A DNA stretch of 63,678 nucleotides, counting the filler, from Octopus bimaculoides (lineage: Eukaryota): the NCBI RefSeq assembly GCF_001194135.2. It is 5 parts of 5 records of this genome, joined end to end, with 100 filler letters (N's around TTAATTAATTAA, not from the genome) between each part and the next. Parts side by side here need not be neighbours in the genome. Positions count along the whole stretch, not along the records: positions 31,110 to 58,922 come from NC_068983.1; positions 59,023 to 61,768 come from NC_068990.1; positions 61,869 to 63,678 come from NC_069008.1; 2 more parts are not named here. One strand, written 5' to 3'. The position numbers were made by a program, and so were the translations under genes. The notes below the pieces were generated by a model. That model was given only the letters and a program-made list of their open reading frames with translations, ran no database searches and was not told where the DNA came from. This document shows positions 49,760 to 63,678 of this stretch, piece after piece (positions within the stretch are counted from its first letter, which is position 1; the number at the start of each line of letters is the position of its first letter).

Positions 49760-51910
49760 ATACATCAACCATGACCAACAATACGTACAGCAAGATATAA
49801 GAGAAATAACAGATGTTGACCCAGGAATTGTCAAAAATGCCTTTGCCTAAGAGTATATGTGAGACAAGCGTTAGGTATTATCACAAACGTTTCCCGTTCC
49901 CTACTGTTAGTATCCCTAAAAATAAAGTAAAAACCCTAATGGAAGGATGAGGTTAATCACAATACCTAAACGTGTTACACTCACACTGAACAACAACGCT
50001 AAATTCTATATATTTCTACTCGCGATTCAGTGATGAAAACTGGCATGAAATTTCGTTAGAAAATGTGCATCAAGGCCACATTGAAGAAATGAAGCTCAAT
50101 AAAAAGAAAAAGATAAAGAAAACACTAATGCTATGTTAGATAAAGAAACTGAGTTTGAGAAAAATAAACTAAACATAGACTTAGAAATGGTTAGAAATTA
50201 ATGAACTAGACATAATGTTACTCACAAATGAGAGAACGAGTTAGGGAGGAATATTTGAGACTTATTAGATTAATACTGGAAACTTAGTTAAATGCCAAAA
50301 ATATGTCGTATCAATACTTCAACTGTTGCAGTAATGATGTACAGGTATAATATTCTCAACAGAACGTTAAGTGAATTAGCGAGACTAGATAGAAAAATAG
50401 CGACTGCATTTAGAATACACTCGCCAAAAGCTGACACGGAATGATTAAATTTACCCGAAACACAAGCAAGTAAAGGTCATGTGCAATTAGAGAACTATTA
50501 TAAAATATCTACTGTTGAAATTCGAAAATATCTAATACATAACAAAGAGAAACTAATATAAATAGCTACAAAACAAAAATAAATATTCTCTGTCTTCAGG
50601 GAGACGAACAGATCTAATAGATGAGGTAACAAACAGGTAGGGATGGAGTGGAGAAACAACAGAAATTATTTACGAAAAAAATTAAGCTTAAAGTGTAAAT
50701 GGGATTACAAAATGTCAAGATTAGACGATGGCAAGAGAAGGTCCCTATATAGCCAATACCTGGAAAGAAGTACTCTCAAAAAATTCAAAATTTGGCTAGG
50801 AAGCGTAGGACTTAAACCTGACTGCGAAGAGTTATCGATCACAACAAAACGTCATAGTTTTATCACCTGAAACTACCAACAACTTTTAACGGTTAGTATA
50901 TTATACAAGCTGTAATGACGTAAAATACTATACAATTTGTGAAAGTCGTGAATAAACAACAAGACACAATGTTTCTTCCATTCTGCACTACATTATGCAA
51001 CAGAAACAAGTTGGTGAGCTGATAGAATCGTAACAGTGTTGTACAAAAAAGCTTAACGCATTTTTTCGTCAACTTCTGAGTTCAAATTCTGCCTAGATCG
51101 ACTTTGCCTTTTATTTTTTGAGGCTCGATAAAATAAGTACAAGTTGAGCACTATGGTTGATGCGTTCGATTATCCCCTCCCCATAAATTTTTAGATTTTG
51201 CGCCTATAATAAAAACTTTATAGAATATAGAATAGAAACATAATAGTTGGCACCAGTATATATTACAAAAGGTATTGTTGGCACTCCGTCGCTTACGACG
51301 TCCAGGGTTCCAGTTGATCCGATCAACAGAACAGCCTGCTCGTGAAATTAACATGCAAGTGGCTGAGCACTCCACAGACACGTGCACCCTTAACGTAGTT
51401 CTCGGGGATATTCAGCGTGAGGCAGTGTGACAAGGCTGGCCTTTTGAATTACAGGCACAACAGAAACAGGAAGTAAGAGTGAGAGAAAGTTGTGGTGAAA
51501 GAGTACAGCAGGGTTCGCCACCATCCCCTGCCGGAGCCACGTGGAGCTTGAGGTGTTTTCGCTCAATAAACACTCACAACGCCCGGTCTGGGAATCGAAA
51601 CCGTGGAGCTATGATCACGTGTCCGCTGCCCTAAACACTAGGCCATTGCGCCTCCACTACAAAAGATATAAGTGAGAGTGAAAGAGACCATATTGTCCGA
51701 TATGATGATTCATGCAGGCAAATTTTAAGGGAAACCATCCAGGTGATATGCCATCACGAAAACGTTTTACAATTGAGATATCAATCTCAATGGATGATAA
51801 TGCATCGCTGAAAGAAATGGAGAGACCGTCCAAATATAAGAAACTTGAAAATACAGATATCCAAAATGTTGGAAATAAAAGACGAAAAGGAAAATCTGCT
51901 TGGAAATAAT
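49760..51910 (+). mobile_element. Decayed R4/Dong-clade non-LTR retrotransposon (RT C-terminus, zinc-knuckle relic, RLE domain), interrupted by two SINEs
   Basis: TGMKF..KMC, REEYLRLIRLILET*LNAKN, RWQEK...SQY...WLGSVGLKP, and ISISMDDNASLKEMERPSKYKKLE resembling DVSIP.D.N.SLKE.EKLSKYKDL. Confidence 0.65.
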
Positions 51911-53729
51911 GGTATCTGGTTTAAGCACAAGAGCAGCTATTTTGAAAGAAAAGGATTAGTCACATCGAAATTCAGGTATAGCTAGTCCTAAAAGTAAATT
52001 ATCCACTGTTCAAAGAAAGAACTCAATACAAGATGATGCTTATAATAATGATAATAGTAACAATAATAATAATAATAGTTTCACATTTTGCCATAAGGGC
52101 AGCAATTTTGGGGGAGTGTTCAACTGGTACTTATTTTATCGACCTTGAAAGAATGAAAGGCAAAGTTGACCTCAGCGGAATTTGAACTCAGAATGCAAAC
52201 ACGAACGAAATGCTACTAAGTATTCTATCCGGTGTGTCAATGATTCAGCCAGCTAACCGCCTTAATAATAATTATGGGTTCATACATAGAACTAGTGCTA
52301 CGATTATAGAATGGCGTCGTAGTTGATTTTCTCCACAAGAGAAAAGTTGACTCTGGTGGCATTTTGAACGTGGTGTGTAAACTCACAGAACTACAAATAA
52401 ATACTTCATAACATTAAATTCATACTCTAACGATTACCTGTTTAAGTAGCTTTCTTACAATAAATACACATCGTCTAAACCTATAAACTCATGACTATAT
52501 AGTCATTCTTATTTTAATCACCCTTCTCATTTTATGGTCTCCATTGCCCATGCCTTATCACTCACGCATTACCCTATCGTTAATTTCGCATATATTCTCG
52601 CCAGTTTTCTCACTGTAGTATGCCACGTATGGGACTGAGGATGTTAGTCGATGGTTTCTGTTCATACTTCCAGTGTAATTAGGGACACCACTGTTCCTAC
52701 CTAAAACTCTAACAAACACACACTTCATCTTTATTTCATCCTTATCGCTCTAGCTATTTCACCCATTTCGGGGCATATTAATAAGGGACTTCGTCAGATA
52801 AGCATGTGTAGCATATATACGCCTTATATTTTACCCTGTCCCTTTGTTGTCGACATTCTTTAATCATCCTTAACATCTACCTATCTTTAACTATACATCA
52901 TGCTCTCACCCCTGTCCTCTCTAGCGGTGGTGTCACCAAAAATGTGTCCAGTACACTCTCGAAAGTGATTGCTATTAGAAAGTTCGTCCAGCTGAGGGTC
53001 CCGAGCTAAAATTCGAAGTTGCAAGCAAGATATCTCCTTCAACCCACCCAGGAGAAGCAACGATCCAGCCACACCTATGCAAGTGTGTAAAACGGACGTA
53101 GAACGATGACTATAAATATATACATACATACATACATACATACATACATACACATATATNNNNNNNNNNNNNNNNNNNNNNNNNNNNNNNNNNNNNNNNN
53201 NNNNNNNNNNNNNNNNNNNNNNNNNNNNNNNNNNNNNNNNNNNNNNNNNNNNNNNNNNNNNNNNNNNNNNNNNNNNNNNNNNNNNNNNNNNNNNNNNNNN
53301 NNNNNNNNNNNNNNNNNNNNNNNNNNNNNNNNNNNNNNNNNNNNNNNNNNNNNNNNNNNNNNNNNNNNNNNNNNNNNNNNNNNNNNNNNNNNNNNNNNNN
53401 NNNNNNNNNNNNNNNNNNNNNNNNNNNNNNNNNNNNNNNNNNNNNNNNNNNNNNNNNNNNNNNNNNNNNNNNNNNNNNNNNNNNNNNNNNNNNNNNNNNN
53501 NNNNNNNNNNNNNNNNNNNNNNNNNNNNNNNNNNNNNNNNNNNNNNNNNNNNNNNNNNNNNNNNNNNNNNNNNNNNNNNNNNNNNNNNNNNNNNNNNNNN
53601 NNNNNNNNNNNNNNNNNNNNNNNNNNNNNNNNNNNNNNNNNNNNNNNNNNNNNNNNNNNNNNNNNNNNNNNNNNNNNNNNNNNNNNNNNNNNAAAAAAAA
53701 AGCTTATATAATAACAGATAACTTTATCA

Positions 53730-54765
53730 AAAAATGCTATGAGGACAAAAATAAACCTTCTTTTCTATAATTTTATTCAATAGAGCCACCTTCAGCTTCA
53801 ACAACTGCTTCTATATGAGATCTAAATCATCTACATCCTCAAATCAAGTGGTCTTGATTCATTTGGGACATTACTCGGACTATGGCAGCTTTCAAAGAAT
53901 CTTTGGTGTTATGGGCATGTTCATTGACCTCTCTCTCAACAACGCTCCCCCATGTAATAGTCCAATGTATTGAGATCTGGGGAATCAGGAGGCCAAATGT
54001 TAGCGGTTACGTGATGATGAACATTTTCAGTCATCCATTCCTGTGTTACTAGAGCCGTGTATGATAGCGCAGAGTCATACTGGAGCACTTATGGCTTCCA
54101 TTGCATACACTATCTATCCAGGGCTTAACAATTATTTCCAGGACTGCAATGTAGGCGGCAGAGTTAACTCTAAAGCCTTGTGGAAAGAAGTAAGGAGGCG
54201 TCACATGTCCTTCATTGCTGACAAATTCTAAAACTTCAGATCGGTCTGCAAATAACCATCTGTCATTTCTTCTGTTAACGTTTCGATCTTGGTCGAAGCT
54301 TTTCTCATTTGAGTAAAACCAAATCAGATATTCTCCTGTATTTTTCAGTTTGTTTAAGAGCCTTTTAGATCCGATGTAGTGATTTTCTTTCGCTTTTCCT
54401 GGAAAATTGACCTTTCCTCATCATATAAGACTTATATCTAATACTACTGGATAAATTCAGGTGTTCTGATGGTTTCAGAGCGTTTAGAATGCTTTTTATG
54501 CTTTGATACCGGTGATACGTTTCCATCTTCAGTCTCTAGCGCTTTACAAACTTTATAGACGAAAGAACTGGCAACTTTTAAAAATCGAGATATTTCTAAA
54601 TCGTCATGCTCAACCTTTATAACCACAATAACAGCATACCTCTTCATTTCTTGAGTAAGCTGATTGTCTGCCATTATTATTTTCTAAAACAAAGAATATA
54701 CAGAGTTAGTAAAAAATGCAGCAATGACCTAAAAAGATATGTCCTCAAATACTTTACGCATCCTG
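53730..54765 (-). mobile_element. Decayed maT-type (DD37D) transposon
   Basis: N-terminal ORF 54444-54674. The catalytic stretch DSALSYTALVTQEWMTENVHHHVTANIWPPDSPDLNTLD has exactly 37 residues between the two Asp. The 5' end begins TA|CAGGATG on the minus strand. Confidence 0.8.
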
Positions 54766-55976
54766 TATAATATAATATAATATACAATAATTACTCCTAG
54801 AGGCACGCAGCCTAAAATTTAGAAGGTAGATGCTAATCGATTACATTGATTCCAGTAAATAAAAAGCAAAGTCGACATAGGCAGAATTAGAACTCATGGC
54901 GTAAAACCGGATGAAATTCGGCGCAGCATTTCTTCCAACGTACATACGATTCAGTCAGCTCGCCATCTTTGAAGCATAATGTTCAATAATATATGGTATT
55001 CGTTATTAGCGACATAAGTAGAAATAATATTCCGTACATCATACTTAACGAGGCTATACTGTTGAAATCCAGTATAGTGCGGTCTGCCTTCTTGACAAGT
55101 GACGGAAATCTGGATTAGGCAATTCCTCCGCCACTACTGAAGGCTTTTCACCTGCTACTTCTAAACTTTTGTACTCTTTAGCTCTGAGCGTCTATACTGG
55201 ATGCTTTCTCGAAACAAATACTGCAGCATTATAACTTTCTACAGTATGTCCACGTTAAGTAAGATATAAAATGCTATTTTAATATAACATGATATAATGA
55301 GCTATAATATATGTTATATTGACTAAAAGCCACATAGTGATATTAAATACAATTTAATTAACTGTGTATTAGAGAAATTTTACCTGTAAATAATTGTATG
55401 TTGAGACAAAAGAAAAACTGATAGATTCATGCAAGAAAGAACTTATTCTTATGCACGAAACAATCTCGTTAATATATTTATAAGCATTAAGGTGGCGAAC
55501 CGGCGGAATCGATAGGACGCCGGACAAAATGTTTAGCGGTATTTCGTCCGTCTTTATCTACTGGGTTCAAATGCCGCTGTGGTCAACCTTGCCTCTCGGC
55601 GTGGGTAAAATAAGTACCCTCTTGACTACTGAGGGTGGATTTAATCGACTTAGCCCCTCCCTAAAAATGATGGTCTTCTGCCAAAATTTGAAACCGATAT
55701 ATTAATAGATATCAAACATAAGTTATAGCTGCCTCTTGAAATCACACTTAATCCATTGTTATTGTAAAAATAATAATTGAATCTGGGGAGGGTGTATTTT
55801 AGTTAGAAATATAGAAACAAAGGCCTTACAGATTTTTTAACGGGAAATAGGGGTACGTCATAAGTACCTGAAATGATCTAAGAGTGGGTAGGGTTACGAA
55901 AATGTGATGAAAACAGGATTTTTAATACTTTTACAAGTAACAGCTTGCCAAAATTTAGGTGTTCCTTACAAGCTGT

Positions 55977-55977
<1 letters not shown>

Positions 55978-56049
<72 letters not shown>

Positions 56050-56071
56050 ATATATATATATATATATATAG
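55978..56071. repeat. (TATC)n followed by (TA)n
   Basis: Directly visible. Confidence 0.95.
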
Positions 56072-56703
56072 CTAGCTAGCTGTCTGTCTGTCTGTTTGTT
56101 CGTTTATCTGCTTGTATGTATGTCTGCTTGTCAGACTGTCTGTCTTTCTCTTACCCTCTCTATACATGCTTGTATGTGTATGCGCGTATATGTATAAGAT
56201 ATATATGTGCGTGTGTGTACATAACATATCAGTGAGTACATGTTTTTGTGAGTACGCATCTATACGTCTATGTTTACAAGCACATATATCTAACATATAA
56301 CATATACATAACATATATGTAAGCTGTATGTAGATATGTGTGTCTGTATATTAGCACATACACACACATACGTATGTATGTGTGAGTGTAAAGAGAGAGC
56401 GTGAGAGAGAGAGAGGAGGAAGAGAAAGTGAGTGGAATTATTACATACATATTTCTTTATCCTCCTTTAATAATGTATATACCCGAGGTAATGGACAAGC
56501 ATACACTTATATATAACTGTGTATACACCAATATGTGTGTTTATAGAATAATGTACGNNNNNNNNNNNNNNNNNNNNNNNNNNNNNNNNNNNNNNNNNNN
56601 NNNNNNNNNNNNNNNNNNNNNNNNNNNNNNNNNNNNNNNNNNNNNNNNNNNNNNNNNNNNNNNNNNNNNNNNNNNNNNNNNNNNNNNNNNNNNNNNNNNN
56701 NNN

Positions 56704-56740
<37 letters not shown>

Positions 56741-57259
56741 AATTATATATGTGTGTGTATATATATGTGTATACATATATATGTATACATATATATATAC
56801 ACACACATATATATATATATTATGTATATATATACACGCGTAGACACGCACAGATTCATGCAAAGAGAGTTTAAGGAAGGGAGAGCAAATGGGGTTTAAG
56901 ATATATAAGCAAAGCATTTGAGCTCGCTGGCGATTAGATATTAATCGCCATCTTGAAAACTGATTACTCCAATGTTAAATGCATTGACAAGGCGTTCTCT
57001 CAGTGTGAAAACTGTTCCAATAAAAGGCTATGTTGATTCGCTGTGAAAGGTATAAATATTAGCCGTTTGAACAATCAACCCTAACAGTAAAAATATTGTT
57101 TCAAATTTAGAATTCAGGTAGCATACAGAGCGTGCACGCATAAACACATATACACACATACAAGCGCGTATATGCATATATATTCATACATACAAACACA
57201 CAAAAATACATCTCTCTCTCTCTCTGTGAGAGTGTGTGTATGTATCGAGGGATAGACAG

Positions 57260-57339
<80 letters not shown>

Positions 57340-57476
57340 AGAGGGATATAGAGATGTATTTTTGTGTGGGTGCGTGTAACTGTAGGCGTACTACATTCGC
57401 ATAATCATGTCCGCACAAATATGCACATACATACGTATACGTGCCTTTCTCTCTCTCTACACACACACATACACAC

Positions 57477-57509
<33 letters not shown>

Positions 57510-58140
57510 NNNNNNNNNNNNNNNNNNNNNNNNNNNNNNNNNNNNNNNNNNNNNNNNNNNNNNNNNNNNNNNNNNNNNNNNNNNNNNNNNNNNNNNNNNN
57601 NNNNNNNNNNNNNNNNNNNNNNNNNNNNNNNNNNNNNNNNNNNNNNNNNNNNNNNNNNNNNNNNNNNNNNNNNNNNNNNNNNNNNNNNNNNNNNNNNNNN
57701 NNNNNNNNNNNNNNNNNNNNNNNNNNNNNNNNNNNNNNNNNNNNNNNNNNNNNNNNNNNNNNNNNNNNNNNNNNNNNNNNNNNNNNNNNNNNNNNNNNNN
57801 NNNNNNNNNNNNNNNNNNNNNNNNNNNNNNNNNNNNNNNNNNNNNNNNNNNNNNNNNNNNNNNNNNNNNNNNNNNNNNNNNNNNNNNNNNNNNNNNNNNN
57901 NNNNNNNNNNNNNNNNNNNNNNNNNNNNNNNNNNNNNNNNNNNNNNNNNNNNNNNNNNNNNNNNNNNNNNNNNNNNNNNNNNNNNNNNNNNNNNNNNNNN
58001 NNNNNNNNNNNNNNNNNNNNNNNNNNNNNNNNNNNNNNNNNNNNNNNNNNNNNNNNNNNNNNNNNNNNNNNNNNNNNNNNNNNNNNNNNNNNNNNNNNNN
58101 NNNNNNNNNNNNNNNNNNNNNNNNNNNNNNNNNNNNNNNN

Positions 58141-58562
58141 ATAAGGAACATAAGACAAGGTAGAAGATGCTAAAATAATTTTACTATGAAGTGCATTTAA
58201 TACCGATTTCCATCTTTTAGACTTTTTCACCTTAGAATAAAATAAGAAAAAAAATTGTGAAATATTTTGTAAATATTTTCATAATTTTCAAGTAGGTAAA
58301 TGTTTCCTTCTACCTACCTACAAAGCATTCACAAAGGTAGAGAGGCAGACAGACAGACTAATTGAATACTATGGAAATATTTACCTATTTGAAGACAATG
58401 GAAATATTTACAAAATATTTCACTTAATTTTTTTTTCTCCAATGTGATTGTTTTTCTTATTTTGCTCTTAGTTGGAAAAGCCTAAAAGACGGAAACCGGT
58501 ACTAAAATGTACTTCATGATAAAATTATCTTAGCATTTTCTATCGTGTCCTATTTTCCTTAT
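58141..58562. mobile_element. Foldback MITE-like palindrome of about 420 bp
   Basis: Arms 58141-58308 and about 58372-58562 are imperfect reverse complements, e.g. ATAAGGAACATAAGACAAGGTAGAAGATGCTAA versus the reverse complement ATAAGGAAAATAGGACACGATAGAAAATGCTAA. Confidence 0.8.
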
Positions 58563-59385
58563 ACATATCAACTCGTGTGTTACTTTTCTGTCTACTACAC
58601 ACACACACACACACACATATCGAAATATATTTAAATATATATAAAGTCCAATGTATATAAAGTCCAAAGTTGATATCTGAAATAAAATAATAGAATAAAG
58701 TACTAAAAGGTAGGTATATATAAGTATGTGTATGTATATAAATTAAATATGTCTGTGTTTACATATATATAAAGTTAGCACAAGACATGAGGATGTGATA
58801 AAAGCATCAACCTTCTTCATTATCAGTCACTGGTAAAAATTCTAAGTCCGTTACGTAATAAATCTTCCAGTGATATGGCTTATTTTGCGCCAAACCTATC
58901 CACATGCAACACACACACATATNNNNNNNNNNNNNNNNNNNNNNNNNNNNNNNNNNNNNNNNNNNNTTAATTAATTAANNNNNNNNNNNNNNNNNNNNNN
59001 NNNNNNNNNNNNNNNNNNNNNNGCTTACGTATGTCCTCAGCAGTTACAGCCCATGTTTCACTGCCATGTAGCATGGTTGTTCGTACGCATGTGTCATACA
59101 GTCTGCCTTTTACTCTGAGTGAGAGTCCCTTTGTCGCCAGCAGGGGTAAGAGCTCTCTAAACTTTGCCCAGGCTATTCTTATTCTAGCAGCTACACTTTC
59201 AGCGCACCCACCCCCACTACTAACTTGGTCGCCCAGATAGCGGAAGCTATCGACTACCTCTAGTTTTTCACCCTGGAATGAGATAGAAGTTGTTTCCTGT
59301 TTGTTTGCAGTCTTTATATATATATATATATTTATTTATATATACATACATATATAAATAGATAGATAGATAGATACATAGCTAC

Positions 59386-59430
<45 letters not shown>

Positions 59431-60334
59431 CAGAGTTATATGTGTGTGTGTATGTTTATACGCATACAAACATACATATATGCTTGGGAATATGCGTGTG
59501 TGTGTATCCATTGGGCATTTTGCCCACACTACCAAAAGAATATAAAATATGGTAAATACAAGCCTGCACAAGTCTTTTATGCGTCAATATGTCTGCGTTA
59601 CTTTGGGGTATACATATCCAGACTGCCAAGAAGATCAAAGGAAAGAATCCAAAGATTATAATCAAAGACAAATCAAAACCAATGAATTCGGATAGGAATT
59701 TTGATTGCTTTCGAAAAGGACGTCATCCAGACGACCGTCGAGAATCTCTTGAGGCCGATGATCTAAAGAAATGCGTAGTATTATGAGAGAACAATAGAAC
59801 CGAAAATAAATATTATGCTGGATAATATTAAAAATAACAAATAGATTTTAAATCAATATACAAGTTCAAAGTTTTATGTAAAATCGAAAACTATTCACTC
59901 AGTATGATATTTTCGATTCGGTAACACATCTCGTAAAGCAAATGATACATATTGGTTGCAAATTTTGACACAAGGCCTGCAGTTTCGAGGAAGGGGAAAA
60001 GCCGATTATATGATCCTCCAGTACTCAACTGGTCCTCATTGTGTCGACCCCCGAAAAGATTAAAAGAAAAGTCGACCGCAGTACCATTTGAACTCACAAT
60101 GTGACGACGTACGAAATGTCGCTAAGCATTTTGTATACTAGCGATTCTACCAGTTCGCCGCCTTCACAGAAAATGATAAATTATTAAAATATTGATTATT
60201 ACACATGGCTCGTACTAAATCTCCGATAATGTTTTTTCAGATTATGGTTTTAAAGAATGAACATAAATAAACAATTAAATAGTATTTTACAGAATAATAG
60301 AATTAAAATTTCTTTGATTAAAACTCTTTCTAAT

Positions 60335-61333
60335 ATGGAAGAATCGAAAGAGCATTTAAGGCACATAATGCTTTATGAGTACAAAAAGGAAACTTTGCAG
60401 CCGAAGCGACTCGAAACATACACTCAGTTTATGGGTAAAATGCTTGAATGAAAGAACTTGCAGAAGATGGTTTTCAAAATTCAGAAGTGGAGATTTCAGC
60501 CTTGAAGATGAAGATCGAATAGAACGTCCAGTTCAGTTTGATAAGCTCTTTGAGGCATTACTTGAAGAAAATCCTGCAATATCAGTTGAAGAATTGGCAA
60601 TAAAGCTTAGTTTAAACCATACAACTGTTCATCGTCATATTCAGCAACTTGGAAAGGTTCCTGAACTTGGAAAATGGGTGCCTCATGAATTGTCCGAAAG
60701 CAACCGAAAATCCTGAGTTGACATCTGCTCTTCTCTCCATTCTCGCGAAATCATTTCGCCCTTTTTGGATAAACTTGTGACTGGTAACGAGAAATAAATC
60801 TTCTATCGAAATGTTAAACGTCGTAAACAGTGGCTGGTAAAAGGAAAAAAAGCTCAAATACAACGGAGAAGGGAAATTCATGGAAAAAAGGTTCTTCTCC
60901 CTATCTGATGGGATTGCAAAGGAGTAATTCACTTTGAATTGTTACCACCTAATGCAACAATCAATGCTCAATTCTACTGTCAGCAATTAGAGCGTTTGAA
61001 CCAAGCTTTGAAGAAAAAAAAGACCCGCTTTAGTGAATCGAAAAGGTGTGATGTTTCATCAGGACAATGCGCGACCCTACACTGCAAAGATCACATTACA
61101 GAAGATCAAAGAGCATGGTTGGGAAAAATTCCTCATCCACCTTATTCTCCCGACCTTGCTCCTTCAGACTAACATTTGTTTCGTAGTTTACAGAATCATT
61201 TGGGGGACATAACTTTCACAAGCCAGGAGGAGGTCGAAACTGACATTTCAGAGTTCTTCGCTTTGAAACCAAAAGAGTTTTACATTGATGGGATTAAAAT
61301 GCTTGTAAATAGATGGAAGGCCTTGTGTCTATA
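60335..61333 (+). pseudogene. Decayed mariner (DD34D) transposase, nearly full length
   Basis: MEESKEHLRHIMLYEY start, ERTCRRWFSKFRSGDFSLEDE, WVPHEL, VTGNEK, HQDNARP and HPPYSPDLAPSD motifs, with several stops and frameshifts. TIRs not identified. Confidence 0.92.
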
Positions 61334-61732
61334 GCAGAAAGAATTATTAAGATCAACTTTGTTGGATGAACGGAGGAACGATGAAACTAAGTGACAAAAA
61401 CACAAAATATTTATAATTCTTTCTTGTTTTTGCACAATGCCAGCAATTTTAAGAGGAGTGGCGTTAATTGATTGCATCGACTCTAGTTCTGAAATGGTAC
61501 TTGTTTTTTTATGGATCGCGAAAGATTAAATGCAAAGTCGATCTCAGTTGCATTTGAACTCAGAACGTAAAAGAATCTGAAGAAATACTACTAAACATAT
61601 TATTCGGTGCAGCAACGATTTCCCCAGTTCCCCACCTTTCATAAAATGCTAAAAATGCTATATTGTAATGTTGAGCTAGAAATCCTTATCCAAGGGTACT
61701 TGGCGAACGTAACGTGAATAACTCGAGTATTT

Positions 61733-61768
<36 letters not shown>

Positions 61769-61938
61769 NNNNNNNNNNNNNNNNNNNNNNNNNNNNNNNN
61801 NNNNNNNNNNNNTTAATTAATTAANNNNNNNNNNNNNNNNNNNNNNNNNNNNNNNNNNNNNNNNNNNNACAACAACAACAACATCGACGACGACGGCAAC
61901 TACAAAAACAACAATGACGATGATAGTGCACCACTTAC

Positions 61939-62272
61939 TTCTGTAATAGGACATCTCGTTGCTGTCATTCGTGCTGACGACTGTCATTATATTTTTCGGC
62001 GAGTAATTCTTACAAACATGGCTGACTGTGTCGTAAGTAAAAAACTCTGACTGGCTGTTTAGAGCAACGTCGGCACATTCCCGTAGATTTTCTGTTGGGG
62101 AGAACTGTTCTGCTGGAGATGTCTGAAGGTAACCATAGGAATAACCAGGACCCACAAACTCATAGTAAGCTTCACTAAATTCCCGATCTGCAGTAACGGT
62201 TAGAATTGTTGCAAGGGTGAACAGCAGCATTCTGATCACAACTGCTGGACTAGTAGAAGGGAACTGGGACAT
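61939..62272 (-). CDS. Exon of a secreted protein: hydrophobic signal peptide (MLLFTLATILTVTA) followed by a PAN/apple-like segment (ECADVALNSQSEFFTYDTVSHVCKNYS)
   Basis: Non-repetitive open frame. Long pyrimidine tract and CCAAG acceptor just before the ATG at 62272. Perfect phase-1 GTAAGT donor at 61938-61933. C-x(10)-FTY-x(6)-C-x-x-Y spacing resembles PAN modules. Downstream exons are cut off by the spacer. Confidence 0.7.
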
Positions 62273-63456
62273 TCTTGGTTTTAAGATCAGCAAAGGAGGA
62301 AAGAGAGAGTATGTGGAAGCAAATGGTATTAGAGAAAGGAAGAGAGATGGGAGGAGAAAAAGAGGAGAAAGAAGGTGAGATTCAGCAAAGAGAGAAGGTG
62401 AAATTTAATATACAAAGAGAGAACGGGAAAGACAAAGGCAGAAAGGGTGGAAAAGAATTAGAGAGTAACAGAGAGGTATCCTGAAAGAGAAAAGAGAAAT
62501 AAAATGACAAGAGGTAAAAATTTGAGTATGCAAGGAAGAATGTCTGAAAAAGAAAACAAAAAATAAGAAATAAATTATGATTTGGTAGAGAAAATTAAAC
62601 ATAAATTAGTGTTGTTAATACAGGTACAGGTCCTGGATAAGATTTTAGTAGTGGGGCCCTGCTTCTGGAATTCCAAGGGTTTGAGAAGTGAGGACCCTCC
62701 TCTTAGCCACTGTTGTTCACAGGTCTATTCTGACAGGAATAGTATGAATTGTCAGTGTCCCAGCTGTGGGTTACTTAGCAACTCAGCCGAGAAAGATGGA
62801 GCTCGTTAACCTGGTGGGGGAGTGCAATCCATCTAGCGGAAGGAAAACCCTGATTCCAAATATGTTTCCTTGTAATTATACACAAGCACAAGAAAGGCTT
62901 TCACTGTCACCAAGTTGTAATGGCCGTGCTGTTTCTCAGGATCCATTAGTGACGTTGAGATGTGGGACACTGCGCAGGATCGAATTTTTTCGAACACCCC
63001 CCACTGGAGAGATAGAACAGGATAAAACAGCAGACAGGGAGAACAATACAGCTCAAACAACACCTCAAATGCAGTGCTTGAGTGACAGAGGCTGCCTTTT
63101 GCATATCGAACAGTTCAGATACAAAGTTGTTTTAGTGGAGGGGCGGGGAATCTAGGGCCTTCATCCATAGTCATTAATGACAGAGGGCCACAGAATACAG
63201 GGGTAAGCATAGCTTTGCAACCATATGGATTTAGGTTCAGTCCCACCGCGCAACACATTGAGAAATTGTCTTCTACTATAGCCCTAGGCTGACCAATTCC
63301 TTGTGAATGAATTTGGTAGGCAGAAACTGTGTAGAATCCTGTCGTATGTATGTGTGTATGAGTGTATATATTAGGTTGTTTCACATGAAATGTTGATACA
63401 TATACATATATACACATATACACACAGATACATAACAGTCCACTAACTATTCTACT

Positions 63457-63501
<45 letters not shown>

Positions 63502-63678
63502 TGGGTGTAGGGATATGACTACCTACTACGTATATTTCCTATTTAGTACTGAGCATGTTTCATTTATGAGGACTCACTCCTGTATTTGTCTGAGTGTTGG
63601 GTCCTTCGGGTGCTTGGATGAAATGCAGATGTCAAGTTGACCCAGACTGCCTCCATGTTGGTTTTTGGCATGCTGGTA

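Noticed and set aside
11243-58230. Long ORFs in the supplied track (200-420 aa) and poly-His, poly-Ile/Tyr, poly-Asn and poly-Met ORFs
   Set aside because: They are N gaps translated as X, or translations of microsatellites.
1-63678. CRISPR arrays, rRNA genes and prokaryotic systems
   Set aside because: None seen. All periodic sequence is microsatellite or dispersed eukaryotic repeat.

Overview
AT-rich, microsatellite-dense, heavily gapped animal genomic DNA. The repeat content suggests a coleoid cephalopod, probably Octopus; this is inference, with no database search run. The window is five sequence blocks joined by artificial 100-nt spacers (N44-TTAATTAATTAA-N44 at 13737, 31010, 58923 and 61769). 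Block 2 carries ten + strand exons (14724 to the gap at 29942) encoding the C-terminal region of the deubiquitinase USP9X/fat facets. All introns are GT-AG and the phases match. The last block has one - strand exon encoding a signal peptide plus a PAN/apple-like module. The rest is decayed mobile DNA: DD37D maT and DD34D mariner relics, a Chapaev3-like element with TIRs and TSD, RTE, CR1 and R4/Dong LINE relics, Helitron/HINE elements, foldback MITEs, several tRNA-derived SINE families and a Penelope-like element (PLE). The most notable signals are: (1) a family of minimal type I hammerhead ribozyme motifs shared between the PLE 3' end and a short tRNA-headed (Pol III A/B box) SINE-like repeat, plus an apparently intact, covarying hammerhead at 35768-35806; (2) three separate duplications of USP9X splice junctions, including a 43-nt copy of an exon/intron junction embedded in the PLE reverse transcriptase.
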